Source of the DNA: Planctomycetota bacterium
GTDB lineage: Bacteria > Planctomycetota > GCA-002687715 > CAIWVZ01
DNA length: 64,000 nt
Direction: 5' to 3'
Assembly (NCBI GenBank): GCA_044222185.1
Contig: JBGANV010000003.1
Span: 192,001 to 256,000, forward strand
Part shown: positions 29,761 through 41,431 of the stretch, piece by piece
Layout of the letters: every line of letters starts with the position of its first letter
How positions within the stretch are numbered: the first letter of the stretch is position 1
Program-made: the position numbers and the translations under genes
The notes under the pieces: generated by a model
The model's database searches: none
Told to the model about the DNA's origin: nothing
What the model saw: the letters and a program-made list of their open reading frames with translations, nothing else

Positions 29761-32616
29761 ATGAACCCAATGAGAAGCCTCACGATCCTGGCTGCCGGTC
29801 TGCTCGTGCTTTCCTGCGGCCGCACGCCGACGGCGTCGATGACCGCCGCCGCGGCCACCATCGACATCCAGGCCACGTCCCATGCGGCCGAGCACGGGCT
29901 CGCCCCGGATGCCGTGCGACGCATCGCCGCATCCGACGAAGCCACGGCGGCCGCATTGGCGCTCACGGTGGTGCAGGTGAAAGAGCTGCACGAGCTTCGG
30001 GGGTTGAGCAACGACATCCTCCTCACGCTCCCGAAGGTCAAACTCGACCGCGCGCTGTGGAAGTGCGCCAATCCCAAGCCCGACCGGCCGGATGAGGCCG
30101 AGCTCTGGCGATTGGAAGGCCTGAAGGACGAGAACGGCGAGATCCCGCAGAACGCGGTCCTCACCGCGAGGCAGCAACTGGATGCGCTGCCGAGCCCCGA
30201 CGGCGGGGGCATCGGGCAATTCAGCTGGACGTGGCTTGGTCCCAACAACATCGGCGGCCGGATCCGCAGCATCGCCTTCCATCCGACGACGCCGTCGACG
30301 ATGTTCGTCGGCAGCGTGTCCGGCGGACTTTGGAAGTCGACCACGAGCGGCACCAACTGGTCCGTCGTGAACGACTTCATGGCAAATCTCGCCATCACGA
30401 CCATCGTCTTCGACCCCACGAACGCGAGCGTCATGTATGTGGGAACGGGCGAGGGCTTCTCCAACGGCGGCGCCGTGCGCGGAGCCGGCATCTTCAAGAG
30501 CACGGACGGCGGCGTGACGTTCAGCCAGCTCTCGCAGACGAACAACTCCAACTTCAACTACGTGAATCGCCTCGCGATCTCGTCGAACGGCGCGACGATC
30601 CTCGCCGCGACGAACGCCGGCATATTCCAGAGCACGAACGCTGGTGGAAACTGGCTGCAGCGCACGCTCACGCGGGCGTTGGACGTCGACATCGATGCGC
30701 TGAACCCCTCCCATGCCGTCGCCGGTCAGGACAACGGCGTCGCGATCGTCTCCAACAATGGCGGCACGAGTTGGAGCGCCTCCACGGGCATCGCGGCGGG
30801 CGGGGCCCGCGTCGAAGTCGCGATCTCGAAGACGGTCGCGAACGTCGTGTACGCGTCCGTGAACCAGGGCAGCGGGCAGCTCTATCGCTCGACCGACGGC
30901 GGCGCGACGTTCACGCTCCGCAATTCGGGGACGAATTACCTGGGCTCCCAGGGGTGGTACGACAACGTCGTCTGGGTGTCGCCGTACGACGTGACCGGTG
31001 CGGCATCAGCTGACACCGTGATCGTGGGCGGAATCGACCTCTGGCGCTCGGTCGACGGTGGCACCACGCTCACGCGCATGAGCAACTGGTCGCAGGCGCC
31101 GAACAGCGCGCACGCGGATCAACACGGCATCTTCGAGACGCCGACGTTCAACGGCCTCACGGACCGCACGGTGTTCTTCTGCAACGACGGCGGCGTGTAT
31201 CGCGCGAGCAACGTCTTCACGGCCGGCACTCCGTCGTTCACCTCCGGATGGTCCGCCATGCTCTCCGGCCTGGGGATCACGCAGTTCTACGGCGCTGGCG
31301 CCAGCCCGGCTTCCAACAACGTCATCGGCGGAACCCAGGACAACGGGACGCTGAGGTACACACCCGCGACCGGCCTCACGTGGTCGACGATCTTCGGCGG
31401 CGACGGGGGCGTCTGCGCCGTCGACCCGACGAACGGCAACTACGTGTACGGCGAATATGTCACGCTCGACCTCTTCCGGTCGAGCACGGGCGGCGGCAGC
31501 ACGGGGTACATCAACGGCCGCACGGGCAACAGCTGGAAGGCGCCGCCCTACGTGATCACGGACTGCCAGAACGGATTCGCGAGCTTCATCGCACCGTTCA
31601 CGCTCGATCCGAGCAATCCGAACCGCATGATCGCCGGCGCCCGTTCCGTCTGGCGCAGCAACGACGTGAAGACGCCGAACACCTCGACGACCGGACCCCA
31701 ATGGGCCGCCATCAAGCCGCCGACCACCGGCAATTCCAATTCCACGGCCGTCTCCGTTGCGCCGAGCAGCAGCGACATCATCTGGGTTGGCCACGGAAAT
31801 GGTGACGTCTACTACACGACGAACGGGACGGCCGCGACGCCCACGTGGACGCAGCGCAACACGACGTCTCCCGCGTTGCCCGGGCGCAAGGTGACCCACA
31901 TCACGATCGACCCTGGCAACCCGAATCACGTGCTCGTGACGTTCGGCGGCTACAGCGCGCAGAACGTCTGGGTGACGAACAACGCCGGGGCGACGTGGAC
32001 GGCCCTCCCCGGCATTCCGTCGATCCCCTGCTACGACGTGGAGATCCACCCGCAGATCACGAACTGGCTTTATGTGGGGACCGAACTCGGCGTCCTCACG
32101 AGCGAGAACGGTGGCCTCACGTGGTCCGTGCCGAACGACGGGCCGGCGAACACCCCGGTCTATGAATTGTTCTGGAACAACGGCTCGCTGTATGCCGTGA
32201 CCTACGGCCGCGGGATTTATCGACAGGCGCCCATTCTGGGCTTCGAGTTGGAGGCCTACACGTCGGGCAACGGGACGGGGGACCTCACGGTCCAGTTGCA
32301 CAACATCCCCGCAGGCATGGCCGAGGGATTCGTGCTCGCGAGCTTGACGACGACCACGCCGATCGGCGGCGGAGCCCTCTTCGGGATCACGCTCGACGCG
32401 ATCACCCTGAGCCTCGCCTCGACTCCCGCATCGCCGACGAACCCGCTGCACTTCGTTCCACCACTGGTTCCGGGTACGCCGCCGGCCAGCGCGTCGGTCT
32501 TCCCTGCCGGCGCGGTGGGGCTGCCAGCGGGCACCACAGTGGACCTGGTCGGCGTGGTGTTCACACCGGGGCTCGTCTTCCTCGACCAGACCGCGGTCGT
32601 GCGGCTGACGTTCTGA
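29761..32616 (+). CDS. Secreted or lipoprotein BNR/Asp-box (VPS10/sialidase-like) propeller protein with recurrent C-terminal domain
   Basis: Lipobox-like LLVLSC; GPNNIGGRIR, many SxDGGxTW/F Asp-boxes, HADQH, GGTQDNG, GGDG, TYGRGI; start may be 29770. Confidence 0.9.
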   Translation: MNPMRSLTILAAGLLVLSCGRTPTASMTAAAATIDIQATSHAAEHGLAPDAVRRIAASDEATAAALALTVVQVKELHELRGLSNDILLTLPKVKLDRALWKCANPKPDRPDEAELWRLEGLKDENGEIPQNAVLTARQQLDALPSPDGGGIGQFSWTWLGPNNIGGRIRSIAFHPTTPSTMFVGSVSGGLWKSTTSGTNWSVVNDFMANLAITTIVFDPTNASVMYVGTGEGFSNGGAVRGAGIFKSTDGGVTFSQLSQTNNSNFNYVNRLAISSNGATILAATNAGIFQSTNAGGNWLQRTLTRALDVDIDALNPSHAVAGQDNGVAIVSNNGGTSWSASTGIAAGGARVEVAISKTVANVVYASVNQGSGQLYRSTDGGATFTLRNSGTNYLGSQGWYDNVVWVSPYDVTGAASADTVIVGGIDLWRSVDGGTTLTRMSNWSQAPNSAHADQHGIFETPTFNGLTDRTVFFCNDGGVYRASNVFTAGTPSFTSGWSAMLSGLGITQFYGAGASPASNNVIGGTQDNGTLRYTPATGLTWSTIFGGDGGVCAVDPTNGNYVYGEYVTLDLFRSSTGGGSTGYINGRTGNSWKAPPYVITDCQNGFASFIAPFTLDPSNPNRMIAGARSVWRSNDVKTPNTSTTGPQWAAIKPPTTGNSNSTAVSVAPSSSDIIWVGHGNGDVYYTTNGTAATPTWTQRNTTSPALPGRKVTHITIDPGNPNHVLVTFGGYSAQNVWVTNNAGATWTALPGIPSIPCYDVEIHPQITNWLYVGTELGVLTSENGGLTWSVPNDGPANTPVYELFWNNGSLYAVTYGRGIYRQAPILGFELEAYTSGNGTGDLTVQLHNIPAGMAEGFVLASLTTTTPIGGGALFGITLDAITLSLASTPASPTNPLHFVPPLVPGTPPASASVFPAGAVGLPAGTTVDLVGVVFTPGLVFLDQTAVVRLTF

Positions 32617-33003
32617 CGCGCGAATCCAACCGCCCGGCGGCAGCGCCGCCGCGCGGATCATCGGCGGACGCGGCGCGCCGGTCAGAGGCGAGAAACAAGC
32701 GCGGCCAGGCCGACCGGCCGACGTAGAGCGCGCTCGCGCGTCGATGGGATCGGGCGCGCGGCGGCGATCTCGCGGCGCACGGCGCATGATGTTTCGGTGA
32801 CCGTTGCGAGACGCGCGGCGATCCGATCGTTTCCCGCCAGACCGGCCGATTCCCCGCGCTCCGCCGCGGCGCGCCCAGTGGCCCCCACCGGCGCGATCGT
32901 CATCGCGCGCCACGCTCACGGCGCGACGATCCGCGATCGAGAAAACGAATCGAGCCCGCACCGGCGCGTGGCATCGGAGCGGGCTCGGTCGACTGGGATC
33001 AGA

Positions 33004-34824
33004 TCAGAGCGAGAGGAACGTGCGGTCCGGATTGCTCGGGTCCTGAGCGAGGAAGCCCTGCAGCTGCACGTTCGTGATGAAGTTCACCGTGACGCGCATG
33101 CCGGCATAGGCGGCACCGTTGTGGGCATTCGGCGCGACGCCGGCGCCCGGCGCGTCAGCGAACGCGTCGAACACGAAGTCGTCCGTAGGCCCGTCGAACA
33201 TCGAGCCGCTCAGGTTGAAGTTCCACGCCATCGTCCGGAACGTCCCGGCGTTCGTCCCGACGTTCGTGCCCGTGTAGTAGATGAAGTTCTGCCCGGCCGG
33301 CGGGGCGGGGCTGCAGGTCACGAGCGTATTCGTGGCCGTCGGGACACACCCGGTGACCGCGATGCAGTTCTCGCGATAGGCGGTCGAGCACTGGAGCGTG
33401 CCGCCCGAGTTCGTGACGTTGTTCGTGTAGAACTCGTAGGGAAGCGTCGGGTTGGAATTCACGAAATCGAGTTCGATCGACGAGATCGGGATCGTGCCCG
33501 TGTTCCGCATTCTCCAGAACCCGGTGACCTGGAGGTTGCTGACGCCCTTCGCCTCGAAGCTGAAGTGCTCGCCGGGAATGCCGGGGTCATAGACCAGCTT
33601 GGCGGGGTTCGACGTTCCGGCGTAGAGCGGATAGCCCGGATCCAACGCGATGGACTGCAGGAAGAGGGAATCGCCTGGCGTGAAGAAGGGCGCGGGCACG
33701 GGGATGATCACGCCGGGGCTGGTCCCATAGTTCGCTGCGATGGGGATGTTCACCGCAGCAACACCGATCGACGTCAGGTGAAGCGAATCCGGGAACTCGA
33801 TCGCGGCGCCGATGGGCGTGGAGAAACCGTTGCAGACCTGGAGACCGGCGACGGACTGCCCGCCGAAGCTCGTCGAGCAGGTCGGGCTGAGGCCTCCCTG
33901 GTTGTAGTTCAGGAGCACGCTGTACGGCGATCCAGGCAGCCCTGGCGAGTTCGCGGTCCACGTCACCAGCGTTCCGTCCGTGAAACGCTTCTCGCGCTTG
34001 TCTTCCGGATCGCCGTTGATCGACGTCGTCAGGTTGTGCTGGTTCACGACGCCGTCGAACCGCCCGTAACACTTCTGCGGCAGGTTCGGCGCGGCAAGTT
34101 GCGTGTTGTAGTCCGCGAGGACCTGGGCCGGCGTGCGATACACGGTCCAGAACTGGAACTCGTCGTATTCGCCCGGCATGGCGTTGCTCGATGACCCGTT
34201 GTACCCAGCGAACGTCAGGTTCGTGAGCGAGTGATTGAGGGCCGCCGTCTGCGCGAACGTGCCGTTGAGAACGCCGTTCACGTACACGTAGATGGTTCCG
34301 AACGTGCTTGCCGTCGGGTCATACGCGAACGTGACGTGCGTCGCGACTCCGACCGTCAACACGCCGGGTGCCGTGCTCGCAGCGCCGCCGGGCGTCGGTG
34401 CGGTGAACGGCTGGTTGGGGAATCCCCGGAGGACCAGGTTGTTGTTGTTCGAGTTGTTGCCGTTCGTGAACGTCCGGAACGGACCGTTCGCCGCGTCGAA
34501 GACTGCCGTCGAATCACCCAGCAGGTAAGCCAGTGAGCTGACGGCGAGGGCCGCCGGGCGGATCCAGTACTCCATCGTCCACGGGCCACTCAGCGCGTAC
34601 GCCACACCCGTGTTGATGTAGGAGAGGTTCGCGGACCCGGCCGCACGCGTCAGTGCACCGGCACCGAGAATGGGTGCCGTCGCGTTGGGTGACACGAGCC
34701 CGCCCTGGGTCGTCATGACCTGCAGGTTCGGTGACGTTCCTTCGTTGAAATAGCCCTGCCCGAAGCCGCTCGCGGCCAACAGCACGGCTGCGCTCGAGAG
34801 CACCAGAAGCTTCCTGGTCTTCAT
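33004..34824 (-). CDS. Secreted LamG-domain protein
   Basis: Signal peptide ending GFG-Q; WTMEYW, THVTFAYD, VYVNG, YDEFQFW; internal segment like the recurrent domain (PGDSLFLQSIALDP...TSNP). Confidence 0.85.
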   Translation of the reverse strand: MKTRKLLVLSSAAVLLAASGFGQGYFNEGTSPNLQVMTTQGGLVSPNATAPILGAGALTRAAGSANLSYINTGVAYALSGPWTMEYWIRPAALAVSSLAYLLGDSTAVFDAANGPFRTFTNGNNSNNNNLVLRGFPNQPFTAPTPGGAASTAPGVLTVGVATHVTFAYDPTASTFGTIYVYVNGVLNGTFAQTAALNHSLTNLTFAGYNGSSSNAMPGEYDEFQFWTVYRTPAQVLADYNTQLAAPNLPQKCYGRFDGVVNQHNLTTSINGDPEDKREKRFTDGTLVTWTANSPGLPGSPYSVLLNYNQGGLSPTCSTSFGGQSVAGLQVCNGFSTPIGAAIEFPDSLHLTSIGVAAVNIPIAANYGTSPGVIIPVPAPFFTPGDSLFLQSIALDPGYPLYAGTSNPAKLVYDPGIPGEHFSFEAKGVSNLQVTGFWRMRNTGTIPISSIELDFVNSNPTLPYEFYTNNVTNSGGTLQCSTAYRENCIAVTGCVPTATNTLVTCSPAPPAGQNFIYYTGTNVGTNAGTFRTMAWNFNLSGSMFDGPTDDFVFDAFADAPGAGVAPNAHNGAAYAGMRVTVNFITNVQLQGFLAQDPSNPDRTFLSL

Positions 34825-35076
34825 GCTGCGTTCGCTCCTCGGAACGGGATGATGATCCCGCCCGTCGACTCACGTCTCGTTTGCAACACTTGGGCGCGGC
34901 GCGCTCCGCCGCCCCGTCACGGCACGTGACCAGCCGAACACCAAGCCCGGCTGGCCGGAGACAGACCTTAGGCCCGCCTTGGCCGCGATGTCAACGGTTC
35001 TCACTGGAAAGGCGCGGCGGGTCGCAGCGCCCAGGTCCAGCGGGCGAGCCGTCCTGACGTTCCGGCGGCCGCCGGT

Positions 35077-35634
35077 TCAGAACATCCCGAGTTTCAGCTT
35101 CGCCGCGTCGGTCATCATGTCCCGGGTCCAGGCCGGCTCGAACACGACCTCGGCCTTCGCATCCCTGACTCCGGGGATGGATTTCAGCTTCGTCTCCACC
35201 TCTTTCTGGAGGACCCCGCCCATACCGCACCCCGGCGCCGTCAGCGTGAACTTCACGTCGGCGCGAAAGCCCCCACCGTCGACCTCCGCCACCGCGTTCT
35301 GGTAGACGAGTCCGAGCTCGACGATGTTGACTGGGATTTCGGGGTCGTAGCAGGTCCGCAGCTGGTCCCAGGCGGCCTTCTCGACGGCCGCCTTGTCCGT
35401 CAGCGGAACGACGGGGGGCGCGTCCTTCGGCGCGTCGACGTCACCGAGCGCGTCGGCGTCCCGACCCTCGATCCGCACGAGGAGGCCAAGCTCGGTGACG
35501 ACGGTGTAGCTGCCGCCCAACGCCTGGGTGACCGTCACCTTGGAACCGCTCGGGAGCGACGTCAGCCCGCCGTACGGAATCTGCGTCGCCTCGACGGTGC
35601 GTCGGAGTTCGATGCGCTCGTTGAGTTTGATCAT
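35077..35634 (-). CDS. sufT: Fe-S cluster assembly protein SufT (DUF59)
   Basis: TQALGGSYTV, CYDPEIPVNIVELGLVY, TLTAPGCGMG; last gene of the suf operon. Confidence 0.92.
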   Translation of the reverse strand: MIKLNERIELRRTVEATQIPYGGLTSLPSGSKVTVTQALGGSYTVVTELGLLVRIEGRDADALGDVDAPKDAPPVVPLTDKAAVEKAAWDQLRTCYDPEIPVNIVELGLVYQNAVAEVDGGGFRADVKFTLTAPGCGMGGVLQKEVETKLKSIPGVRDAKAEVVFEPAWTRDMMTDAAKLKLGMF

Positions 35635-35669
35635 CTTCGTGGCTCTGGATTCGTCACCGACGCGGCCCG

Positions 35670-36113
35670 TCACTCGGTCGACACAGGATCGCTCGCACCA
35701 TCGAGCGCGGCTTTCAGCGTGTGCCACGCGAGGCTCGCACACTTCACGCGCGCCGGATAGTCGGAGACTCCGGCGAACGCCTGCAGCTTGCCCATGTCGT
35801 CACCCGTGACGCCGTGCCCGGTCACCATGGCGTGAAACCGCTCGAACAGCTCCTGGGCGGCGGCGCGGGTCTTCCCCTTCACGGCCGCGGTCATCATCGA
35901 CGCCGACGCCTTCGAGATTGCGCAGCCGTTCCCTTCGAAGCGGACGTCCCCCACGGTCTCGCCATCCATCTTCACGAAGATGGTGAGGTGGTCACCGCAA
36001 AGCGGATTGCGGCCGTCGACGCGACGATCCGCATCGGGAATGCTGCCGTAGTTCCGCGGCCGCTTGTAATGGTCGAGGATCACTTCCTGGTAGAGGTCCG
36101 ACAGGTCCGACAT
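35670..36113 (-). CDS. sufU: SUF-system NifU/SufU scaffold or sulfur-transfer protein
   Basis: DLYQEVILDH, NPLCGD, GCAISKASAS, RVKCASLAWH. Confidence 0.95.
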   Translation of the reverse strand: MSDLSDLYQEVILDHYKRPRNYGSIPDADRRVDGRNPLCGDHLTIFVKMDGETVGDVRFEGNGCAISKASASMMTAAVKGKTRAAAQELFERFHAMVTGHGVTGDDMGKLQAFAGVSDYPARVKCASLAWHTLKAALDGASDPVSTE

Positions 36114-37378
36114 CAGCCAAACACCTCGATTGCCTTCGTCACCGCCGCGGCCAGTGCATCGACGTCCGAACGTGCGTTGTAGAACGCGAACGACGCCCGC
36201 GCCGTGGCCGGAATCCCGAGCCTCGTCATCACCGGCTGCGCGCAGTGATGCCCCGCGCGGATCGCGACGCCGCGATCGTCGAGAATCGTGCCGATGTCGT
36301 GGGGATGGATCCCATCGATCGTGAACGAGAGGACGCTTGCCTTGTGCGAGGCCGTCCCCACCACGCGCACTCCGGGAAGGGCCGAGAGCTGCGCCGTCGC
36401 ATCGCGGAGGAGTTCCGCCTCCCACGCCGCGGCGCGCGGGAGTCCCAGGGACTGGAGGTACTCGATCGCGACTCCGAGGCCGATCGCACCGCTGATGTGC
36501 GGTGTCCCCGCCTCGAACTTGTGTGGGAGCTCGTTGAACTCCGTGTGCTCGAACGAGACGGAGCGGATCATGTCGCCTCCGCCCTGCCAGGGCGGCATCG
36601 ATTCGAGCAGCGCGCGCTTGCCGTAGAGGATCCCGATGCCCGTGGGCGCGTAGAGCTTGTGGCCCGAGAACACGTAGAAGTCCGCGTCCAACGCCTGGAC
36701 GTCCACGGGAATGTGCGCGACCGCCTGGGCCCCATCCACGAGGACGCATGCACCGTGGTGCCGCGCCGCAGCGATGATCCGCGGGAGGTCGTTCACCGTG
36801 CCGAGGGCGTTCGAGACGTGTCCGACGGCGACGAGCTTCGTCCGTGACGTGATGACGCCGTCGAGACCGTCCAGGATGAGTTCGCCCGAGTCGCGCATGG
36901 GGATCACGCGGAGCGTGGCGCCCGTCGCACCACACAGCATCTGCCACGGCACGATGTTGGCGTGATGCTCGAGCGCCGACACGACGATCTCATCGCCGCT
37001 GCGGACGTTCGCTCGCCCCCAGGACTGCGCCACGAGGTTGATGCCCTCGGTGGCGCCGCGGACGTAGATGACCTCGCGAACGTCCTTCGCGTTCAGGAAC
37101 TTCCGCACGGTCTCCCGAGCAGCCTCGTACTTCTCCGTCGCAAGCTGACTCAGATAGTGGACGCCGCGATGGATGTTGGCGTTCTCCGCCTCGTAGTAGT
37201 GCCGAACGGCGTCGATCACGCAGCGCGGCTTCTGAGTCGTGGCGGCGTTGTCGAGATACACGAGCGGGTGCCCGTGGACGCGCGTGGCGAGGATCGGGAA
37301 ATCCGCCCGCGCCTTCGGAAGGTCGAACTCGGGCCGCACGAGCGCCGATCGGCTGCGGTCGTCCTGGACTGTGCTCAT
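36113..37378 (-). CDS. sufS: Cysteine desulfurase
   Basis: YLDNAATTQKP, EHHANIVPWQ, FSGHKL, RAGHHCAQP. Confidence 0.97.
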   Translation of the reverse strand: MSTVQDDRSRSALVRPEFDLPKARADFPILATRVHGHPLVYLDNAATTQKPRCVIDAVRHYYEAENANIHRGVHYLSQLATEKYEAARETVRKFLNAKDVREVIYVRGATEGINLVAQSWGRANVRSGDEIVVSALEHHANIVPWQMLCGATGATLRVIPMRDSGELILDGLDGVITSRTKLVAVGHVSNALGTVNDLPRIIAAARHHGACVLVDGAQAVAHIPVDVQALDADFYVFSGHKLYAPTGIGILYGKRALLESMPPWQGGGDMIRSVSFEHTEFNELPHKFEAGTPHISGAIGLGVAIEYLQSLGLPRAAAWEAELLRDATAQLSALPGVRVVGTASHKASVLSFTIDGIHPHDIGTILDDRGVAIRAGHHCAQPVMTRLGIPATARASFAFYNARSDVDALAAAVTKAIEVFG

Positions 37379-38712
37379 ACGGCACCAGACCCTGCCGGGG
37401 ACGCCGGCACCATCGTGAGCAGACATCCGCCGAGCTGGGCCCGGATCGGATCGAGTTTCACCTGGTCGAGGATCTCGCTCGCGAACGCGTGGATGAGCAG
37501 CCGCCGAGCCTCGTCCTCGGCGATACCGCGCGAGCGCAGGTAGAAGAGCATGTTCATGTCGAGCTGGCCGATCGTCGCACCGTGCTTGCACTTCACGTCG
37601 TCGGCGTAGATCTCGAGTTCGGGCTTGGTGTTGATCGTGGCGGCGTCCGACAAAAGGAGGTTCTTGTTCTCCTGAACGGCATCCGTCTTCTGCGCGCCGG
37701 GGCGGACGACGACCTTCCCGTTGAACACTGCGCGCGCCTCGCCGCCGAGGACGCCCTTGTACGACTGCCGGCTCGTCCCATGCGGCGTCGCATGCTCGAT
37801 GGTCGTGTGCGTATCCGTCAGTTGGTTGCCGGTCACCTCATAAAGGCCGTTGAGCGTGCACTCGGCGCCTTCGCCATTCAGCACGGAGTGGATCTCGTCC
37901 CGTGCGATGGCACCGCCGAAGGCGATCGAGTGCGACTGGAACCGGCTCGATCGGGCCTGGTGAACGTGGAGTGACGCGACGTGGTACGCGGCGTTGCTCT
38001 CGCGCTGGAGCTTGTAGCGGTCGACGGACGCGTCCTGTCCGAGAATGACCTCGGTCACCGCGTTGGTGAAGTAGACGTCGTGACCCGCGCTGACGTAGCT
38101 CTGGACGATGGTCGCCGATGCACCGTCCTCGACGACGACCAACGCGCGCGGATGCGTGACGATCGACTCGCCGGTCGGCGCCGCGATGAAGAGGAGGTGG
38201 ATCGGCTCGGAGCACGTCATGCCCCGGGGGATTCGGATCAACGCTCCGTCACCGAAGAACGCGGTGTTCAACGCGACGAAGGAATTCATGTCGAACCCGG
38301 CATGGCGTCCCAGGTGCTTTGCGAGGAGGGCGGGCTCGGATTCGAGCACGGCGGAGAGATTCTGTGCGCGGGCCCCGTCCGGCAATCCGATGACGCTCGA
38401 CAGCTCGGGAGCGAAACGGCCGTTGACGAACGTGAGCTGGCAGGCGCGGAGAGGTCCGTCCGCGAGCGTCGTGAGCGATCGCGGATCTGGGCGCCGCGTC
38501 GGCAGGTGGAACGAACCCTCGATCAGTCGCGTGATGTCGGTGAATCGCCACTCCTCGTCGTGCGACCAGTCGGGGAAACCGATCTCGCGGAAGCGATCGA
38601 TCGCCGATTCGCGCAACGCCTGGAGCCACGTGAGCGCCGCGCCCGGTGCGTTGTGTCCGGCCTTGATGAAGTCGGCAACGTAAGCGCCGCGGTTGTCGAG
38701 TGCCGTCGTCAT
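37375..38712 (-). CDS. sufD: Fe-S cluster assembly protein SufD
   Basis: [50 protein letters not shown]. Confidence 0.95.
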   Translation of the reverse strand: MTTALDNRGAYVADFIKAGHNAPGAALTWLQALRESAIDRFREIGFPDWSHDEEWRFTDITRLIEGSFHLPTRRPDPRSLTTLADGPLRACQLTFVNGRFAPELSSVIGLPDGARAQNLSAVLESEPALLAKHLGRHAGFDMNSFVALNTAFFGDGALIRIPRGMTCSEPIHLLFIAAPTGESIVTHPRALVVVEDGASATIVQSYVSAGHDVYFTNAVTEVILGQDASVDRYKLQRESNAAYHVASLHVHQARSSRFQSHSIAFGGAIARDEIHSVLNGEGAECTLNGLYEVTGNQLTDTHTTIEHATPHGTSRQSYKGVLGGEARAVFNGKVVVRPGAQKTDAVQENKNLLLSDAATINTKPELEIYADDVKCKHGATIGQLDMNMLFYLRSRGIAEDEARRLLIHAFASEILDQVKLDPIRAQLGGCLLTMVPASPAGSGAV

Positions 38713-39482
38713 TTCGCGGCCACCGGTTGTTGGGCCTGCTGCTCGATCCACCCGTAGCCGTGCTTCTCGAGCTCGAGCGCCAATTCCTTGCCGCCGGAAC
38801 GCACGATCCGGCCCTGGAACAGGACGTGGACGACGTCGGGAACGATGTAGTCGAGCAGCCGCTGGTAATGCGTGACGACGATCATCGCGCGATCCTTCGA
38901 CCGCAGCGAGTTCACCCCGCCCGCCACGATGCGGAGGGCGTCGATGTCCAGTCCCGAATCGGTCTCGTCCAGGATCGCAAGCCTGGGTTCCAGGACGGCC
39001 ATCTGGAGAACCTCGTTTCGTTTCTTCTCCCCGCCCGAGAAGCCCTCGTTCACCGGTCGGTTGACGAGCGACTCCTTCATCTCGACGAGCTTGGCCTTCT
39101 CGCGCATGAGCGCAAGGAAGTCGACGGCGTCGAGTTCCTCGAGCCCGCGGTGCTTGCGGATCGAGTTGAGCGCTGCCCGCAGGAAGTACGCGTTGCTGAC
39201 GCCAGGGATCTCGACCGGGTACTGGAATGCGAGGAAGACGCCCTCGCGAGCACGGACCTCGGGCGACATCTCGAGGAGGTTCTTGCCCTGGTACGTCGCC
39301 GATCCGGACGTGACGGCATATCCGTCCTTGCCGGCGAGGACGTTGGCGAGCGTGCTCTTCCCCGATCCGTTCGGGCCCATGATCGCGTGGACCTCTCCGG
39401 CGCGGACGGTGAGATCGAGGCCCTTCAGGATGGGTTTTTGGTCCGCGGTGACGCTCACGTGCAGATTCTTGACTTCGAGCAT
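38709..39482 (-). CDS. sufC: Fe-S cluster assembly ATPase
   Basis: [42 protein letters not shown]. Confidence 0.97.
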   Translation of the reverse strand: MLEVKNLHVSVTADQKPILKGLDLTVRAGEVHAIMGPNGSGKSTLANVLAGKDGYAVTSGSATYQGKNLLEMSPEVRAREGVFLAFQYPVEIPGVSNAYFLRAALNSIRKHRGLEELDAVDFLALMREKAKLVEMKESLVNRPVNEGFSGGEKKRNEVLQMAVLEPRLAILDETDSGLDIDALRIVAGGVNSLRSKDRAMIVVTHYQRLLDYIVPDVVHVLFQGRIVRSGGKELALELEKHGYGWIEQQAQQPVAAK

Positions 39483-39484
39483 GC

Positions 39485-40930
39485 TCAGCCCACACTCCCT
39501 TCGAGGCTCACCGACAGGAGCTTCTGGGCTTCGACGGCGAACTCCATGGGCAGCTCCTTGAAGACGCGCTTGCAAAATCCGTTCACGATCATCGAGACCG
39601 CATCCTCCGTCGACAGCCCGCGCTGACGCGCATAGAAGAGCTGGTCCTCCCCGATCTTCGACGTCGAGGCTTCGTGCTCCACCTGGGCCGTCGTGTTCTT
39701 CACTTCCAGGTACGGGAACGTGTGAGCTCCGCACTTGTCGCCCATGAGGAGCGAGTCGCATTGGGAGTAGTTCCGCGCACCCTCGGCGCTCTTCATGATC
39801 TTCACGGCGCCCCGGTACGTGTTCTGGCCGTGGCCCGCCGAGATTCCCTTGGAGACGATCGTGGATCGGGTGTTGCGGCCGACGTGGACCATCTTCGTCC
39901 CCGTGTCGGCCTGCTGGCGGTTGTTCGCCAGTGCCACCGAGTAGAACTCGCCGACGGAGTCGTCGCCCTGGAGGATCACGCTCGGGTACTTCCACGTGAT
40001 CGCCGACCCCGTTTCCACCTGCGTCCAGGAGATGCGTGAGTTGCGGCCACGGCAGGCACCGCGCTTCGTGACGAAGTTGTAGATGCCGCCCTTCCCGTCC
40101 TTGTCTCCCGGATACCAGTTCTGGACGGTCGAGTACTTGATCTGGGCGTCGTTCAGGGCCACCAGTTCCACGACGGCGGCGTGAAGCTGGTTCTTGTCGC
40201 GCATGGGCGCCGTGCAGCCTTCGAGGTAGCTGACGTACGCTCCGTCTTCGGCGACGATCAGCGTGCGCTCGAACTGCCCCGTGTCCGCGGCGTTGATGCG
40301 GAAGTACGTCGACAGCTCCATGGGACAGCGGACGCCCTTCGGGATGAAGCAGAACGACCCGTCGCTGAACACGGCCGAGTTCAGCGCGGCGAAGAAGTTG
40401 TCCGTGTAGGGAACGACGCTGCCGAGGTACTGCTTGATCAGCTCGGGATGGTTGTGCACCGCCTCGCTGAACGAACAGAAGATGACGCCCATCTCGGCGA
40501 GCTTGCCCTTGAACGTGGTCGCGACCGACACGCTGTCGAAGACCGCATCGACCGCGACTCCTTGCAGGCGCTTCTGCTCGTCCAGCGAGATGCCGAGCTT
40601 CTCGTAGGTCTTCAGGACCTCCGGGTCGACCTCGTCCAGGCTCTTCGGGCCGTCCTTCTTCGCCTTCGGCGCCGAGTAGTACACGATGTCCTGGTAGTCG
40701 ATGCGCGGGTAATGGACCTTCGCCCAGGTCGGCTCGGTCATCTTCTTCCAATGACGAAACGCCTTCAGGCGCCACTCGAGGAGGAACGGTGGCTCGTTCT
40801 TCTTGGCCGAGATCAGCCTGACGACGTCCTCGTCGAGGCCCTTCGGGATCGCGTCCGCCTCGACCGACGTCACGAACCCGTACTGGTATTCGCGCGTGGT
40901 GAGCTGTTCGAGCGTCTTGTCGTCGTTCAT
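39485..40930 (-). CDS. sufB: Fe-S cluster assembly protein SufB
   Basis: [39 protein letters not shown]. Confidence 0.98.
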   Translation of the reverse strand: MNDDKTLEQLTTREYQYGFVTSVEADAIPKGLDEDVVRLISAKKNEPPFLLEWRLKAFRHWKKMTEPTWAKVHYPRIDYQDIVYYSAPKAKKDGPKSLDEVDPEVLKTYEKLGISLDEQKRLQGVAVDAVFDSVSVATTFKGKLAEMGVIFCSFSEAVHNHPELIKQYLGSVVPYTDNFFAALNSAVFSDGSFCFIPKGVRCPMELSTYFRINAADTGQFERTLIVAEDGAYVSYLEGCTAPMRDKNQLHAAVVELVALNDAQIKYSTVQNWYPGDKDGKGGIYNFVTKRGACRGRNSRISWTQVETGSAITWKYPSVILQGDDSVGEFYSVALANNRQQADTGTKMVHVGRNTRSTIVSKGISAGHGQNTYRGAVKIMKSAEGARNYSQCDSLLMGDKCGAHTFPYLEVKNTTAQVEHEASTSKIGEDQLFYARQRGLSTEDAVSMIVNGFCKRVFKELPMEFAVEAQKLLSVSLEGSVG

Positions 40931-40944
40931 CGGAGTGCCGTCCG

Positions 40945-41412
40945 TCAGACCGAGAGAGTGCGCGACGCGAGATCCAGCCGGATGGACGTCGCGTCACCGT
41001 CGTGGGGACCCGTGTCGTTGATCATGTCCGCGAGCGTGATCCCATCGAGCGCGACCTCGACCGCCTGGTTGATCCGGCGCCAGGCGGCACTGACCGCGCA
41101 GGACTGCTCGAAATCGCAGGTGCCGGCGTCAGCGCCGCTGCACTCCGTGATCGCGATCGGTCCCTCGAGGGCCCGAAGGATCGAGGTGAGCCGGATTTCC
41201 TCAGGTGGCCGGGTCAGGCAGAACCCCCCTTTCACCCCGCGGTGTGCGCTGAGGAGGCCGTTGCGGGCCAGGAGCTTGAGGACCTTGCTGACGGACGGCA
41301 GGGGCAGCCGGGTCTCCCGCGCCAGGTCCCTGGCGCTGTGCTGTTTGGGGCTGCGGACGAACTGCGCCAGAAGCATCACGGCGTAGTCGGTCAACCGGGT
41401 CATGCGGATCAT
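40945..41412 (-). CDS. Rrf2-family SUF regulator
   Basis: [20 protein letters not shown], three Cys ([16 protein letters not shown]); first gene of the suf operon. Confidence 0.93.
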   Translation of the reverse strand: MIRMTRLTDYAVMLLAQFVRSPKQHSARDLARETRLPLPSVSKVLKLLARNGLLSAHRGVKGGFCLTRPPEEIRLTSILRALEGPIAITECSGADAGTCDFEQSCAVSAAWRRINQAVEVALDGITLADMINDTGPHDGDATSIRLDLASRTLSV

Positions 41413-41431
41413 GGATCACCTCGCGCGGACG

